Counted from the stretch's first letter, positions 26,140-35,783 are shown. The stretch is DNA of 64,000 nt from Nitrospinota bacterium (GCA_016235255.1 JACRLM010000031.1:43763-107762), one strand, 5' to 3'. The notes: generated by a model from the letters alone, not told the origin. Translations and numbers: made by a program.

Positions 26140-27033
26140 TTACGCCCTCGCCTCCTCTTGAACCAGCATGTTAAATCCAAGAAGCCCCGGGGCCGACCTG
26201 TAGGCCACCCAGCCGAGCAGCAGGAATCCAAAGGCGCCGTGGCCGACAATCAGGGGGAGGAACATGCCGGAATGCACGATTCCTATGCCCACCGCCCCCT
26301 GCGCCACCACGAGCGAAAACGTTATGACGGAATTGGCCACGTCGCTCTTGTCCTTTATCGCCTTTATCATATAACCGCCGGTGAAAAAGAACACCACATA
26401 CGCCATCAGCCGGTGGACAAAGTGAAGAGCGATACCCGGCTCCGCGAATTCCGGGATCACCTGGCCGTTGCAAAGCGGGAACTCCGCCGAGCAGGCCATG
26501 GCCGCCTGGCTGTACCTGACGAAAATCCCAAGGATCACCTGGAGAAGGATTATGGCGAACATCACAGTATAGACACTGTTTTCCTTCGCCGCCGGAGCCG
26601 TGTCCAGCCGCCGGTAGGCAAGGATCATGAGAATGAAAATGGCCGTGGCCACAATAATGTGGAACGAGATAACCATTATATGCAGAACGCCCTCAAGAAG
26701 CGGCGCCTCCAGCATGACGATCACCCCGCCGAATACCGCGCCAACCCCCAATAGCCCCAACGCCGACATCGTCAGCGCCCTGACAGGCCCCTTTGCCGTC
26801 AACCATACGGAAACCGTCGCGCCTAATATGAAAAGCCCTGTCGCGCCTCCAAGAAGCCTGTGACTCCATTCAATCCATGTCTGTATCTGAAGGGGAGGGA
26901 CTACCGTCCCGTAACACAACGGCCAGTCCGGACAACCCAGGCCGGATCCGGTCGTGGTGACCACGTTCCCCACCACCATAAGAATGTAAGTGAAAGCGAT
27001 TGAGAGCCCGATAAGTATCTTGTTCATGCGCAT
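26140..27033 (-). CDS. ctaA: Heme A synthase (COX15/CtaA)
   Basis: GSGLGCPDWPLCYG and conserved His-containing TM helices are present. Start chosen at MRMNK (ATG 27033) with AGGAA upstream. The stop abuts the ctaB start. Confidence 0.85.
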   Translation of the reverse strand: MRMNKILIGLSIAFTYILMVVGNVVTTTGSGLGCPDWPLCYGTVVPPLQIQTWIEWSHRLLGGATGLFILGATVSVWLTAKGPVRALTMSALGLLGVGAVFGGVIVMLEAPLLEGVLHIMVISFHIIVATAIFILMILAYRRLDTAPAAKENSVYTVMFAIILLQVILGIFVRYSQAAMACSAEFPLCNGQVIPEFAEPGIALHFVHRLMAYVVFFFTGGYMIKAIKDKSDVANSVITFSLVVAQGAVGIGIVHSGMFLPLIVGHGAFGFLLLGWVAYRSAPGLLGFNMLVQEEARA

Positions 27034-27158
27034 TGTTCCTCTACTGCTTTTAATGCTAACAAAGATGTATTTGAAAATATACGCAAACTTTATAAAGAAC
27101 GGCCCGGCTCCGGTATTATACCAGAGCCGGGACCGCATCATTCTACCAGGAACACGCC

Positions 27159-28742
27159 TTATATCGTGTGAGCAGTATGCTTACCGTAGTTATAAGGCGA
27201 CCAATCCGCCGACACGGTCGGAGGAGTGGGGAAGTTGCCGGCCCCCGGAGGATACACGGTGTGTGTCCACTCCAGCGACTTGGAACCCCACGGATTGTGA
27301 GGGGCCTTCTCGCCGGCGATGGCGCCGTGGATCCAGGTGATGATCGTGATGGCCATGCCAAGGGCGATGATAAGGGCGCCGACAGTGGCGATCTTCATCG
27401 CGCCTTCAAACTGCGGGAACATGGCATAGTCGAAATACCTCCTGGGCATCCCTTCCACGCCGATCCACATCAGCGGAGCGAAGGTCACGTTCACGCCGAT
27501 GAAATTGAGCAGGAAGCCCAGCTTGCCGAGGGTCTCGTTGTACATCCGGCCGGTCATAAGCGGGAACCAGAAATAGACCCCCGCAAACACCGCGAATGTG
27601 GCCATGATTCCCATTATGTAATGGAAGTGGGCCATAACGAAGTATGTCTCGGAAAGATGCAGCGTCATCGAGGTCATGGACAGCGGGATACCGGTCAGCC
27701 CGCCCGCCAGGATCAGGAACAGCTCGGAGGCCGCGTACAGCATCGGGGTGTTGTACTGGATGGAACCCTTGTACAGCGTCCCCACCATGGTCAAGACCAG
27801 CAGACCCACCGGGATGGAGATGATGATCGTCGTCATCATCATGCCGATCCTGAGCCAGTCCACAAGACCTGAAACGTACAGGTGGTGGGCCCACACGTCC
27901 GAACCGAGCACCACAGTCCCCCACACGCCGCCATAAACACAGGTCTTATAGTTGAATATGGGGTTGCGGGACATGGTGGAGAGTATCTCAAGGATGGTCC
28001 CGATGGCCGGCAGCAGAATAACGTACACCGCCGGGTGCGAATAGAACCAGAACAGGTTCTGGTATAAAAGCACGTCGCCACCCTGGGCCGGCGCGAAGAA
28101 CGCCGTGCCGAAATACTTGTCAAAGAGAACCAAAGTCACCGCCGCGGCGAGCACGGGGATGAAGATCAATTGCAGGACGAACGCGCCCAGAACGGTCCAC
28201 ACGAAGATGTTCAGTTGGTTCCAGCCCAGGCCTGGCGCCCTCATGTAGATCACGGTGCAAAGGAAGTTGACCGCGCCGAGGATGGACGAGAAGCCCATCA
28301 GGTGCACGGTGAACACGTAGAAAGAAGTGTTCCCGGCCGTCTGCACGGAGTACGGGGGATAGCCCGTCCACATGACATCAGGCGGATCCGGGATGACGAA
28401 AGTCAGAAGAGCAAGAACGATGGCGAACCAGAAGAGCCACACCGAGAACGAGTTGATCCTCGGGAAGGCCACGTCGTGCGCGCCTATCATTATCGGGATG
28501 AGGTAGTTCGCCAAAAACCCTGTCAGCCCCGGTATCAGGAACGCCAAGATCATCGCGGCGCCGTGGAAATACAACCATACGTTGTAGTTCGTGGCGTCGC
28601 TTGTGATTGTCGGCCCCAGGCCCGACTGTTCAAGCCGTATCAGAAGGGCCATTATCCCGGCGACAGCGAACGCCGCGATGGACCCTACCAGATACAGGAT
28701 GCCGATCCTTTTATGATCGGTTGAAAAAATCCAATCCTTCAT
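27159..28742 (-). CDS. ctaD: Cytochrome c oxidase subunit I
   Basis: MKDWIFSTDHKRIGILYLV, the heme-copper oxidase His ligands, and WAHHLYVSG.. / HFHYIMG motifs. AGGA RBS is present. Confidence 0.95.
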   Translation of the reverse strand: MKDWIFSTDHKRIGILYLVGSIAAFAVAGIMALLIRLEQSGLGPTITSDATNYNVWLYFHGAAMILAFLIPGLTGFLANYLIPIMIGAHDVAFPRINSFSVWLFWFAIVLALLTFVIPDPPDVMWTGYPPYSVQTAGNTSFYVFTVHLMGFSSILGAVNFLCTVIYMRAPGLGWNQLNIFVWTVLGAFVLQLIFIPVLAAAVTLVLFDKYFGTAFFAPAQGGDVLLYQNLFWFYSHPAVYVILLPAIGTILEILSTMSRNPIFNYKTCVYGGVWGTVVLGSDVWAHHLYVSGLVDWLRIGMMMTTIIISIPVGLLVLTMVGTLYKGSIQYNTPMLYAASELFLILAGGLTGIPLSMTSMTLHLSETYFVMAHFHYIMGIMATFAVFAGVYFWFPLMTGRMYNETLGKLGFLLNFIGVNVTFAPLMWIGVEGMPRRYFDYAMFPQFEGAMKIATVGALIIALGMAITIITWIHGAIAGEKAPHNPWGSKSLEWTHTVYPPGAGNFPTPPTVSADWSPYNYGKHTAHTI

Positions 28743-28817
28743 GCCTATATCCTTTCATTTCAAGCCTATTTTCCGTAAAGCCGACGAACCCCAAGCCCGC
28801 CGGCCTCTTTAAAACCG

Positions 28818-29639
28818 TTACTTTCCGGCGGCCGGAGCAGCCGGAGCGGCGGCGCCTTCAGCTGCCGGAGCGGCCGGGGCAGCGCCCTCAGCCGGAGCGG
28901 CCGGAGCCGGAGTTGCTGCGCCACTCTTGGCAAGGATCATTTCCTCAAACTTGGCTGCGGGAATGACCTTCACCTTGCCGAACATGTTCGAATGACCAAC
29001 GCCGCAATACTCGGTGCAGGTGAGCACGTTCTCCCCGATCTGCTTGGGCAGGAACCACTCGTAAGTGATGCGCCCAGGCATAACGTCTTCCTTCACGCGG
29101 TAATCGGGAAGGAAGAAGGAGTGGACCACGTCTTCGCTGTGCATCCGGAGGACAACAGGCTGCCCCTGAGGAACGAAAAGCTGCGGCCTGCCGTTGGCGT
29201 CCGCCTCGGCGACGACTCCGTTGCCGTAGTCGAACTCCCAGTTGTACATCATTGCGGTCAGTTTGACTTCCCTGGCGTTCACAGGGACGGTCCTCTGGTT
29301 GATCCACAGCTTGAAGCCATTGGCGGCCAGATACATATCGTCCGCCAGGAACACAAACACCGGGACAAGCGTCCAGGCCAGCGAGCCGCCCAGCGACAAT
29401 CCCGGAAGGCTGCCCTCTTCGTTCTCGCTCTTCCTCACGAAAGACACGAGCATGTAAATCGATATCAGCCCGAAAACAACGCCAATCGCGCCCAGGTCTA
29501 GCACCAGATGGCCCCAAAGATTGTTCCAACCCTCGGTGTGGTCATGGATAGCCCCCTCGGCGGCCGGTGCGGCTGATGACGCCATAGCCGTCAATGGAGC
29601 GGCAGCCATCATAGCCGCCGTAAACACCCATTTCTTCAT
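28818..29639 (-). CDS. ctaC: Cytochrome c oxidase subunit II (CuA) with a C-terminal Ala/Pro-rich tail
   Basis: CTEYCGVGHSNM is the CuA motif. Two N-terminal TM helices. The C-terminus is PAPAAPAEGAAPAAPAAEGAAAPAAPAAGK. The start overlaps the SCO1 stop (ATGA). Confidence 0.9.
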   Translation of the reverse strand: MKKWVFTAAMMAAAPLTAMASSAAPAAEGAIHDHTEGWNNLWGHLVLDLGAIGVVFGLISIYMLVSFVRKSENEEGSLPGLSLGGSLAWTLVPVFVFLADDMYLAANGFKLWINQRTVPVNAREVKLTAMMYNWEFDYGNGVVAEADANGRPQLFVPQGQPVVLRMHSEDVVHSFFLPDYRVKEDVMPGRITYEWFLPKQIGENVLTCTEYCGVGHSNMFGKVKVIPAAKFEEMILAKSGAATPAPAAPAEGAAPAAPAAEGAAAPAAPAAGK

Positions 29640-30487
29640 ATTTTAGTCTCCTTGCCTCTCTTCACTTTTTTCCTCTGAATATTGGCGGCGAATAAAAACG
29701 CCGCCACTCCCGTCAACAATGAACCGAAAGAAACGAAAAGCGGATAATTGAGCCGGTACTTGCCATCCTTGAAGTTATAGCTGTAGCACATGCTCATCGC
29801 TATATTGCCCGCGTCCGCCGGCTTGAGCTGCTCGAACTTGCTTTCCAATATCGCAAGCTCCATGTCCCGCGCGTCGGAAACCTGGCTTTGAAGGATTCGA
29901 AGGACCCTGCCCTCGGGGGAAATGAAATAATACGCGCTTGAGTGGAAGAACATCCTGTCGGCGGGAGACCAGAAGAACTTGAAACCAACATTCGAAGTGA
30001 GCTTTTTGATGTCCTCATGATCCTTGAAGGTGGCCACATACCAGCTGCCCTTCATGTCCGATGGAATCCCAAGGCTCTTCGAAAATATTTCCGCGCTCGA
30101 CGCATTGTCGTTCTTGTCGAAAGACAGGGTCAACACGGAAAAGTCCTTGCCGATCTTCACGTTCTTTAACGCCTGCGCCTTGTCGAGCACCTTTTTCAGG
30201 TCGCCGTTGAAGGCCGGGCAGAATCCGTCGCAAGAATAATAGGAAAGGACCATGATCACAGGCCTGCCACGCAGGTCTTTCATGGAAAATTCCTTCCCGT
30301 CGCTCCCTACGAAGGTCAGTCCGCCGTCAAGCTTGGTCCCGAGGACGTTGATCTCGTCAACCAGCAAGGTCGCCGGATCAAGCTCGGACTCGGGCGGGCG
30401 GAATCCCTGGGCGCTCCCTTGCGCCGCGAAAAACAGGATAAGCGCGGCCGCCATCACAACGGCCCGGTGCTTCCCAAACGTGTACAC
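29636..30487 (-). CDS. SCO1/SenC copper chaperone (thioredoxin-like)
   Basis: YYSCDGFCP is the CxxxC copper-binding motif. A signal peptide or anchor is at the N-terminus. The gene sits between oxidase subunits III and II. GTG start at 30487; an alternative ATG is 11 codons in. Confidence 0.75.
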   Translation of the reverse strand: MYTFGKHRAVVMAAALILFFAAQGSAQGFRPPESELDPATLLVDEINVLGTKLDGGLTFVGSDGKEFSMKDLRGRPVIMVLSYYSCDGFCPAFNGDLKKVLDKAQALKNVKIGKDFSVLTLSFDKNDNASSAEIFSKSLGIPSDMKGSWYVATFKDHEDIKKLTSNVGFKFFWSPADRMFFHSSAYYFISPEGRVLRILQSQVSDARDMELAILESKFEQLKPADAGNIAMSMCYSYNFKDGKYRLNYPLFVSFGSLLTGVAAFLFAANIQRKKVKRGKETKI

Positions 30488-30502
30488 TTGATTATCCCCG
30501 AA

Positions 30503-31276
30503 TTACCAGATGTAAACCTGGCTCACAACGAAGAACCAAACGATATCAACGAAGTGCCAGTAAATCCCGGCCCCCTTCACGAAAGTGTGGCTCACAGCCC
30601 CGCCAAGCGCCGGTATCAGTATCGCGATGAACGCGCACAGGCCGACGAGAACGTGGGAAGCGTGGAAGCCGGTTATCGAGTAGAACGCCGTGCTCTTCGC
30701 GTTGGTGCCCCACACGAAACCTTCGCTGAGAAGATGGTTGTATTCATAGGCCGTGCAGCCAAGGAATACGGCGCCCAATGCTATGCTCACCATCAGCCAG
30801 GTGTTGAACCCGCCCTTGTCTCCCTCTTCGATCCTCATTTCACCGAGGTGGTATGTGACCGAGGAAGTGACCAGTATCACGGTCATAATCAGAGGAAGGG
30901 TCACGCCTATCTCCGGAGAACCCGCAGGCGGCCACACGTCGGCGGACATCCTCATTGTCCAGTAAGCGGCGAAAAGAGACAGGAATATCATGACTTCCGA
31001 AACGATGAAGATCGGAAGGCCTGTCAGGGAGTAGCCGTGCTCATGATCCCTGTTTGCGATGCCTTCCTTCGTCCAACCAGCGACCCCCCAGATCAAAAGC
31101 GGCGTCCCAATGCCAAGGGCGGCTATGCCCATGGTGGCGTTGTGATACTGGAAAAAGAGGCCGAATGCGATTGGAATCGCGAAAAAGATGCCCGCCACCA
31201 GAATCAGCGGATAAACGCTTGATTCCCAGTGATGGACGGTATGGCCTTGGCCACCATGGCCCTCGTTATGCGCCAT
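30503..31276 (-). CDS. ctaE: Cytochrome c oxidase subunit III
   Basis: HHWESSVYPL, FYSITGFHASHVLVG and WHFVDIVWFFVVSQVYIW are present. Start chosen at MAHNEG (ATG 31276), preceded by GGGGGAGGG 5 nt upstream. The longer listed ORF (to 31339) lacks an RBS. Confidence 0.9.
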   Translation of the reverse strand: MAHNEGHGGQGHTVHHWESSVYPLILVAGIFFAIPIAFGLFFQYHNATMGIAALGIGTPLLIWGVAGWTKEGIANRDHEHGYSLTGLPIFIVSEVMIFLSLFAAYWTMRMSADVWPPAGSPEIGVTLPLIMTVILVTSSVTYHLGEMRIEEGDKGGFNTWLMVSIALGAVFLGCTAYEYNHLLSEGFVWGTNAKSTAFYSITGFHASHVLVGLCAFIAILIPALGGAVSHTFVKGAGIYWHFVDIVWFFVVSQVYIW

Positions 31277-31705
31277 AAAAACCCTCCCCCATAATGTTAG
31301 TTGATAAAAACCTAAAGCCCACCCACGCGCGCAATGCATATACGCGTGGAATTAAACCGTTTTTTCTGACCGATCCAGGACACTTTAGTTAACAAGACTT
31401 TGTTTGAATTTCTCCCCCCCCACTTTCGCTGAACCCATTTAGCGCCGGATGCCCCTCTCAAGGCCCGCGCGTTTATGAAATCAACGATTTGGAGATAAAT
31501 CAAGGTCTCTATATACCTTGATGTTCTTGACTTTTTACATTAACCGGCATGTATTGTCAAGTGATTACTTTTCGGGAAGGGAAAATTACTTGTTTACGGA
31601 TTGACAGCGCTTACAAGACAAAAACGAGGACATATGTCCACAATTGCGCAAGTTTTTTCCGGGAGCCTTTCAAAATCGTGGCCCGATGGCTCCAATGCGC
31701 CGTTT

Positions 31706-31995
31706 TTACGGCTTTTCCCGGGCAGTAATCACAATGGCGGAGCCGTCATGGTCAACTATCACATCATCCCCTATCACATCATCCCCGCCGAGCACATTTC
31801 CTTCGACGATCATCATCGAGAGTTTGTCGAGTATCTGGGCCTGGATAGCCTTTTTAGCGGCCTGACGCCGAATGTTTCGTCATACCCGGCCTGCGCAAGG
31901 TACGCGGCGGCCGCGGGAGTGACAATAATGCCGATGTTCTTTTTGGCAAGCCTTTCCTCCACATTTTCATCTGCAGCCACGCCACGCCGGCTATC
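31706..31995 (-). pseudogene. Relic C-terminal fragment of a Clp/Hsp100 ATPase (ClpB/ClpA/ClpC C-terminal D2-small domain), frameshifted
   Basis: Minus-strand translation gives ...RLAKKNIGIIVTPAAAAYLAQAGYDETFGVRPLKR; a 1-nt slip in an A-run near 31848 then continues AIQAQILDKLSMMIVEGNVLGGDDVIGDDVIVDHDGSAIVITAREKP*. This matches the ClpB C-terminus ...GYDPVYGARPLKRAIQ...ILSGE..G..I.VD. There is no upstream ATPase body (stop at 31996-31998). The listed + ORF 31601..32023 is antisense to it. Confidence 0.55.
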
Positions 31996-32142
31996 TACTC
32001 CCGGTCCAGTTTGTGGAAAATAATGGTGTCGTACAGCCTGCTTAAAAACTCATAGATAATACCTGCGGCAGGCAAGTCATGGTTTTACATGCTCATAAAA
32101 ATATACTTGACTATAAACTTAGATAGCAGCATATATTTAATC

Positions 32143-32823
32143 ATGAGACATAAACAATTGTCCCTTCGGGAAAAGAAGTTCGCCAGAACCAAGCAAAAAC
32201 TGCTGGATGCGGCGCTGGCCCTTATGGCGCAAAAACCACTGGAAGAAGTGACCGTCGCCGAAATATGCCATGCGGCGGAGGTCTCATACGCCACCTTCTT
32301 CAACTATTTCGCCAGAAAAACAGACCTGCTTGTTTATTTCATCCAGCTTTGGAGCGTGGAAGTTTCATGGCGCGCAAGGATGACCTACGAAGAAGGTGGG
32401 GGGAGCGTTGCGGCCATCGAGGCGATTTTCGCCCATACCGCCAGCCTTTGCGAGAAAAACCCGGAGGTGATGGAGGAGATCGTCGCGTTCCAGTCCCGAA
32501 AAAGGAACATGGAAAACATCTCGGCCATTCCTCTCACCATTGCGGAAAAAGCACTCCGGTTCCCCCAGATCGAAGATTTCCAGGAATTGGGGGACTTGGG
32601 ATTGGAATCGGTATTGCCCCCCCTCATCAAAACGGCCATCGCTAATGGCGAACTTCCCTCCGGGGCGGATGTGGACGGGATTATGCTTTCGCTGGCGGTG
32701 ATATTCCTTGGAACGCCGGTGGTTGTGGCGTCCCACAGGATGATAGGGCTTGGCGAGGCTTACAAACGGCAGTTGGCGCTCCTATGGACGGGGGCACGTG
32801 GGCGCCACGCCGGGAATATATAG
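32143..32823 (+). CDS. TetR/AcrR-family transcriptional regulator
   Basis: VAEICHAAEVSYATFFNYFARKTDLL is the TetR HTH. Possible promoter TTGACT at 32107-32112 with a -10-like TATATT 8 nt before the ATG (near-leaderless). Confidence 0.75.
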   Translation: MRHKQLSLREKKFARTKQKLLDAALALMAQKPLEEVTVAEICHAAEVSYATFFNYFARKTDLLVYFIQLWSVEVSWRARMTYEEGGGSVAAIEAIFAHTASLCEKNPEVMEEIVAFQSRKRNMENISAIPLTIAEKALRFPQIEDFQELGDLGLESVLPPLIKTAIANGELPSGADVDGIMLSLAVIFLGTPVVVASHRMIGLGEAYKRQLALLWTGARGRHAGNI

Positions 32824-32834
32824 GAGGATCGAAA

Positions 32835-34334
32835 ATGAATGCGCTCACGGAGGTTGATGATGGGAGGTTTTCACTTTCAAACAAGGGATTTCATTTAACG
32901 CTTCTGGCAGGGGGGGCGTTGTTGTTCCTTTCCATGTACCGGTTTAGCGCCCAGGAACTGGCGTGGGTGGCGTTCGCCCCTTTCCTTGTGGCAATGACCG
33001 CCCGGAGCGACTTTAAAGGGCATTTATGGCTGCTTTTTTATCTGACCATTGCCATGAACCTGACTGTGGCGAAAATAATCTCTCCTCCGGTGATCCTGCC
33101 GGTCCCTCTTTTCGCTGTCCCGGCGGCGGTCTATGTATTCGCGGGAATATCTCTCACCGCCGCCATATCAAGACGGCTGGGCGTCCGGTGGGGGATATAC
33201 TTCTTCCCAGCTATCACTGTGGCGGCGGAGTGGCTAAATTACAGTTTCACTGAACTGGGGACGTGGGGCGCCCTTGCGCTCACCCAGGTGGACAACCTTC
33301 CTCTGGCGCAGTCAGGCTCGCTGGCGGGCATCGCGGGCCTTTCGTTTCTAGTTGCGCTAGGCTCATCAGTGACGGCGGCGGTTGCTATCTATGGGCCGCG
33401 CGCCGTGAAAGGGGACATCTTCGCGTTCATCATCCTCTTCATCGCAACGCAGGCGTATGGCAATCTGCGGCTGCTCACCGATCCTCCATTAAAGAACGCC
33501 ACCGTTGCGGCGGTCTCATCGCCTTTGCCACTTGACCTCATACTCGAAATGAGGAAGAGCACCGACATTTTCAGGCCGTATGACAGCGTCCTTTTCGATC
33601 GGACCGGCAAGGCCGCCGATATGGGCGCAAAGACCGTGGTATGGAATGAAGCGGGCACGCTTCTGCGTAAAGATGAAGAAGAGGCGTTCGTTGCCAGAGG
33701 GGCGGCGCTTGCCCGCGAAAAGGGGATATCGCTGGTGATGGCTATTGGTGTGGTAAATTCGTTCGAGCCGTTTGTGTGGGAGAATAAATATCACTTCATC
33801 ACAAGTTCGGGGAAAGTGGCGGACGTTTATCACAAGCGCCATCCCGTGCCGGGCGAAGGACCGATACCCGGCGAGGCCAAAGCGGCGGTGGTGGAGGTGG
33901 ACGGAGTGAAGATGACCGGCGCGATCTGCTACGACTACGATTTCCCGCAAATAGCGCGGGACAACGCCCAGAGCGGGGCGGACATGGTTTTGCTCCCGTC
34001 GTCCGACTGGCCGGGGATAGACCCTGTCCATTCGATGATGGCCCGGTACATGGCGCTGTCCAACGGGATGCCGATGGTGCGTTCGGTCCGCCGGGCCACA
34101 TCCTTCGCCTCCGACCAGTATGGCAGGACGGCCGCCTCCATGCGGTTTGACGGCGACGCGGACGGAATCATGATCGCCGACGTTCCCGTTGGGCGCGTTC
34201 CCACATTGTACGCCGACACGGGGGACGTGCTGCCTGTAATGGCGCTCATTTTCTGCGCCGTTTCGGGGCTGGCGGCTTTAATAATACCCAAAGTCCGGAG
34301 ACGGCTTCAACCGGAGGAATTCAGCCGCATATAA
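32835..34334 (+). CDS. lnt: Apolipoprotein N-acyltransferase
   Basis: N-terminal multi-TM region plus a CN-hydrolase domain (VVWNEAGT, ICYDYDFP, LLPSSDWPG). AGGAGG RBS lies before the ATG at 32835. Confidence 0.8.
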   Translation: MNALTEVDDGRFSLSNKGFHLTLLAGGALLFLSMYRFSAQELAWVAFAPFLVAMTARSDFKGHLWLLFYLTIAMNLTVAKIISPPVILPVPLFAVPAAVYVFAGISLTAAISRRLGVRWGIYFFPAITVAAEWLNYSFTELGTWGALALTQVDNLPLAQSGSLAGIAGLSFLVALGSSVTAAVAIYGPRAVKGDIFAFIILFIATQAYGNLRLLTDPPLKNATVAAVSSPLPLDLILEMRKSTDIFRPYDSVLFDRTGKAADMGAKTVVWNEAGTLLRKDEEEAFVARGAALAREKGISLVMAIGVVNSFEPFVWENKYHFITSSGKVADVYHKRHPVPGEGPIPGEAKAAVVEVDGVKMTGAICYDYDFPQIARDNAQSGADMVLLPSSDWPGIDPVHSMMARYMALSNGMPMVRSVRRATSFASDQYGRTAASMRFDGDADGIMIADVPVGRVPTLYADTGDVLPVMALIFCAVSGLAALIIPKVRRRLQPEEFSRI

Positions 34335-34353
34335 AGACTTGGAGGGACACACT

Positions 34354-34389
34354 CGCTGACATATACTTGTTCATGAGTATATGTCAGCG
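34354..34389. promoter_or_regulatory. Perfect 14-bp inverted repeat with 8-nt spacer (CGCTGACATATACT-tgttcatg-AGTATATGTCAGCG) between lnt and pfp
   Basis: Read directly. Arms are at 34354-34367 and 34376-34389, 25 nt upstream of the pfp ATG. Confidence 0.4.
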
Positions 34390-34414
34390 AATTAATCCAT
34401 TTTAGGGGATAGGC

Positions 34415-35722
34415 ATGAACCCTTTGACTGTAGGCATACTGGTGGGCGGTGGGCCCGCTCCGGGGATAAACAGCGTCATCCGCGCGGCCACGATAAAGCT
34501 TCGCAACCATGGATCGAAGGTGATAGGCATTTTCGATGGCTTCGCCAACCTGATGGCAAAGGATATCACCCAGGTGAAGGAGCTTTTCATCGAGGATGTG
34601 TCCACTATTCATTTTGAGGGGGGCTCCATCCTTCGCACTTCGCGGGCAAATCCGACGAAGAGGCCGGAGGACTTGAAGGCCGTCGTCGAATCGCTCGACA
34701 ATCTCGGGATAAATTGCCTTTTGTCCATCGGGGGGGACGACACGTGTTTCTCCGCCCACCAGGTGGCAAAGCTTGCCCAGGGGCGCATCCGGGTGATCCA
34801 TGTCCCCAAGACGATAGACAACGACTTGAACCTCCCCCACGGCATCCGCACCTTCGGCTTCGCCACAGCGCGGCATTTCGGGGTGCAGATAGTCAAAAGC
34901 ATAATGAACGACGCCAAGACCACAAGAAGGTGGTACCTGGTGGTTGCCATGGGAAGAAAGGCCGGGCATCTTGCCATCGGCATCGGCAAACCGGCCGGCG
35001 CCACCATAACCGTGATACCGGAGGAGTTCGCCGGACCTAAAATTGACTTCATGTGGATTGTGGACACCCTGCTGGGAGCCATCATAAAACGCAAGGCGGC
35101 AGGCAGGCCCTATGGCGTGGCGATATTGGCGGAGGGACTGGCCGAAAAACTTTCCACGGAAGAACTCGAACGCATGGGGCATCTGGAATACGACGAGCAC
35201 GGCCATCCGCGCCTTTCGGAAATCGAGCTTGGCAAGGTGGTGAAGAACACCCTGCGCGGCGAACTTAAAAAACTTGGGATAAAGACCACCGTCGTGGACA
35301 AGGACATAGGCTATGAGCTGCGCTGCGTGGAGCCTGTCCCTTTCGACATGGAGTACACGAAAGAACTGGGCTTCGCCGCGGCGAAACACGCGCTATTGGG
35401 CGGCAGCGGGGACATGATAACGATACAGGACGGCAAGTCGGTGCCGATGCCTTTTTACGCGATCATGGACCCGGATACGGGGCGCACGAAGGTGCGCATG
35501 GTGGACATACACACCGAGACGTACGAAATGGCGCTGGAATACATGATCCGGCTGAAAAAGGACGACTTTAAGAACGAAGAATACGTAAAGCACCTGGCCG
35601 CCCAGACAAACCTTACACCGGAGCAGTTCCGCGAGAGGTTTGAGCGCGTCGCGGTGGCATTTGAAGGGCCATCCACGTACATCCCGTACCAGCAGCCCGG
35701 TTTCGCGGCGGGGGAGATATAG
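34415..35722 (+). CDS. pfp: 6-phosphofructokinase, probably pyrophosphate-dependent (PPi-PFK)
   Basis: GILVGGGPAPGINSVIRA, GGDDT (Asp, not Gly, at the ATP/PPi-discriminating position) and PKTIDNDL (Lys) point to the PPi-dependent type. Confidence 0.8.
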   Translation: MNPLTVGILVGGGPAPGINSVIRAATIKLRNHGSKVIGIFDGFANLMAKDITQVKELFIEDVSTIHFEGGSILRTSRANPTKRPEDLKAVVESLDNLGINCLLSIGGDDTCFSAHQVAKLAQGRIRVIHVPKTIDNDLNLPHGIRTFGFATARHFGVQIVKSIMNDAKTTRRWYLVVAMGRKAGHLAIGIGKPAGATITVIPEEFAGPKIDFMWIVDTLLGAIIKRKAAGRPYGVAILAEGLAEKLSTEELERMGHLEYDEHGHPRLSEIELGKVVKNTLRGELKKLGIKTTVVDKDIGYELRCVEPVPFDMEYTKELGFAAAKHALLGGSGDMITIQDGKSVPMPFYAIMDPDTGRTKVRMVDIHTETYEMALEYMIRLKKDDFKNEEYVKHLAAQTNLTPEQFRERFERVAVAFEGPSTYIPYQQPGFAAGEI

Positions 35723-35751
35723 AGAGGCTCCGAGCCGGGGCCGGGGCCCTT

Positions 35752-35783
35752 ATCCCGGATAGCCTATGAGGCTTCCGGGATGA
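35752..35783. repeat. REP-like hairpin unit (inverted copy of the unit at 8835-8868)
   Basis: ATCCCGGATAGCC-tatgag-GGCTTCCGGGATGAC. The 3' arm is the exact reverse complement of 8835-8849. Confidence 0.45.

Noticed and set aside
31601-32023. Listed + strand ORF of 140 aa
   Set aside because: It is antisense to the Clp ATPase C-terminal fragment. Its translation has no protein-like features (HIIPYHIIP repeats mirror the GDDV repeats on the other strand).
34307-35389. 360-aa minus-strand ORF antisense to pfp, and similar long antisense ORFs (6811-7689, 11592-12428, 18476-19168, 19534-20325, 26002-26754, 30419-31222, 45983-46930, 52298-52978, 53538-54311, 62424-63242)
   Set aside because: These are typical high-GC antisense open frames: His/Arg/Pro/Gly-rich, with no domains, opposite strongly supported genes.
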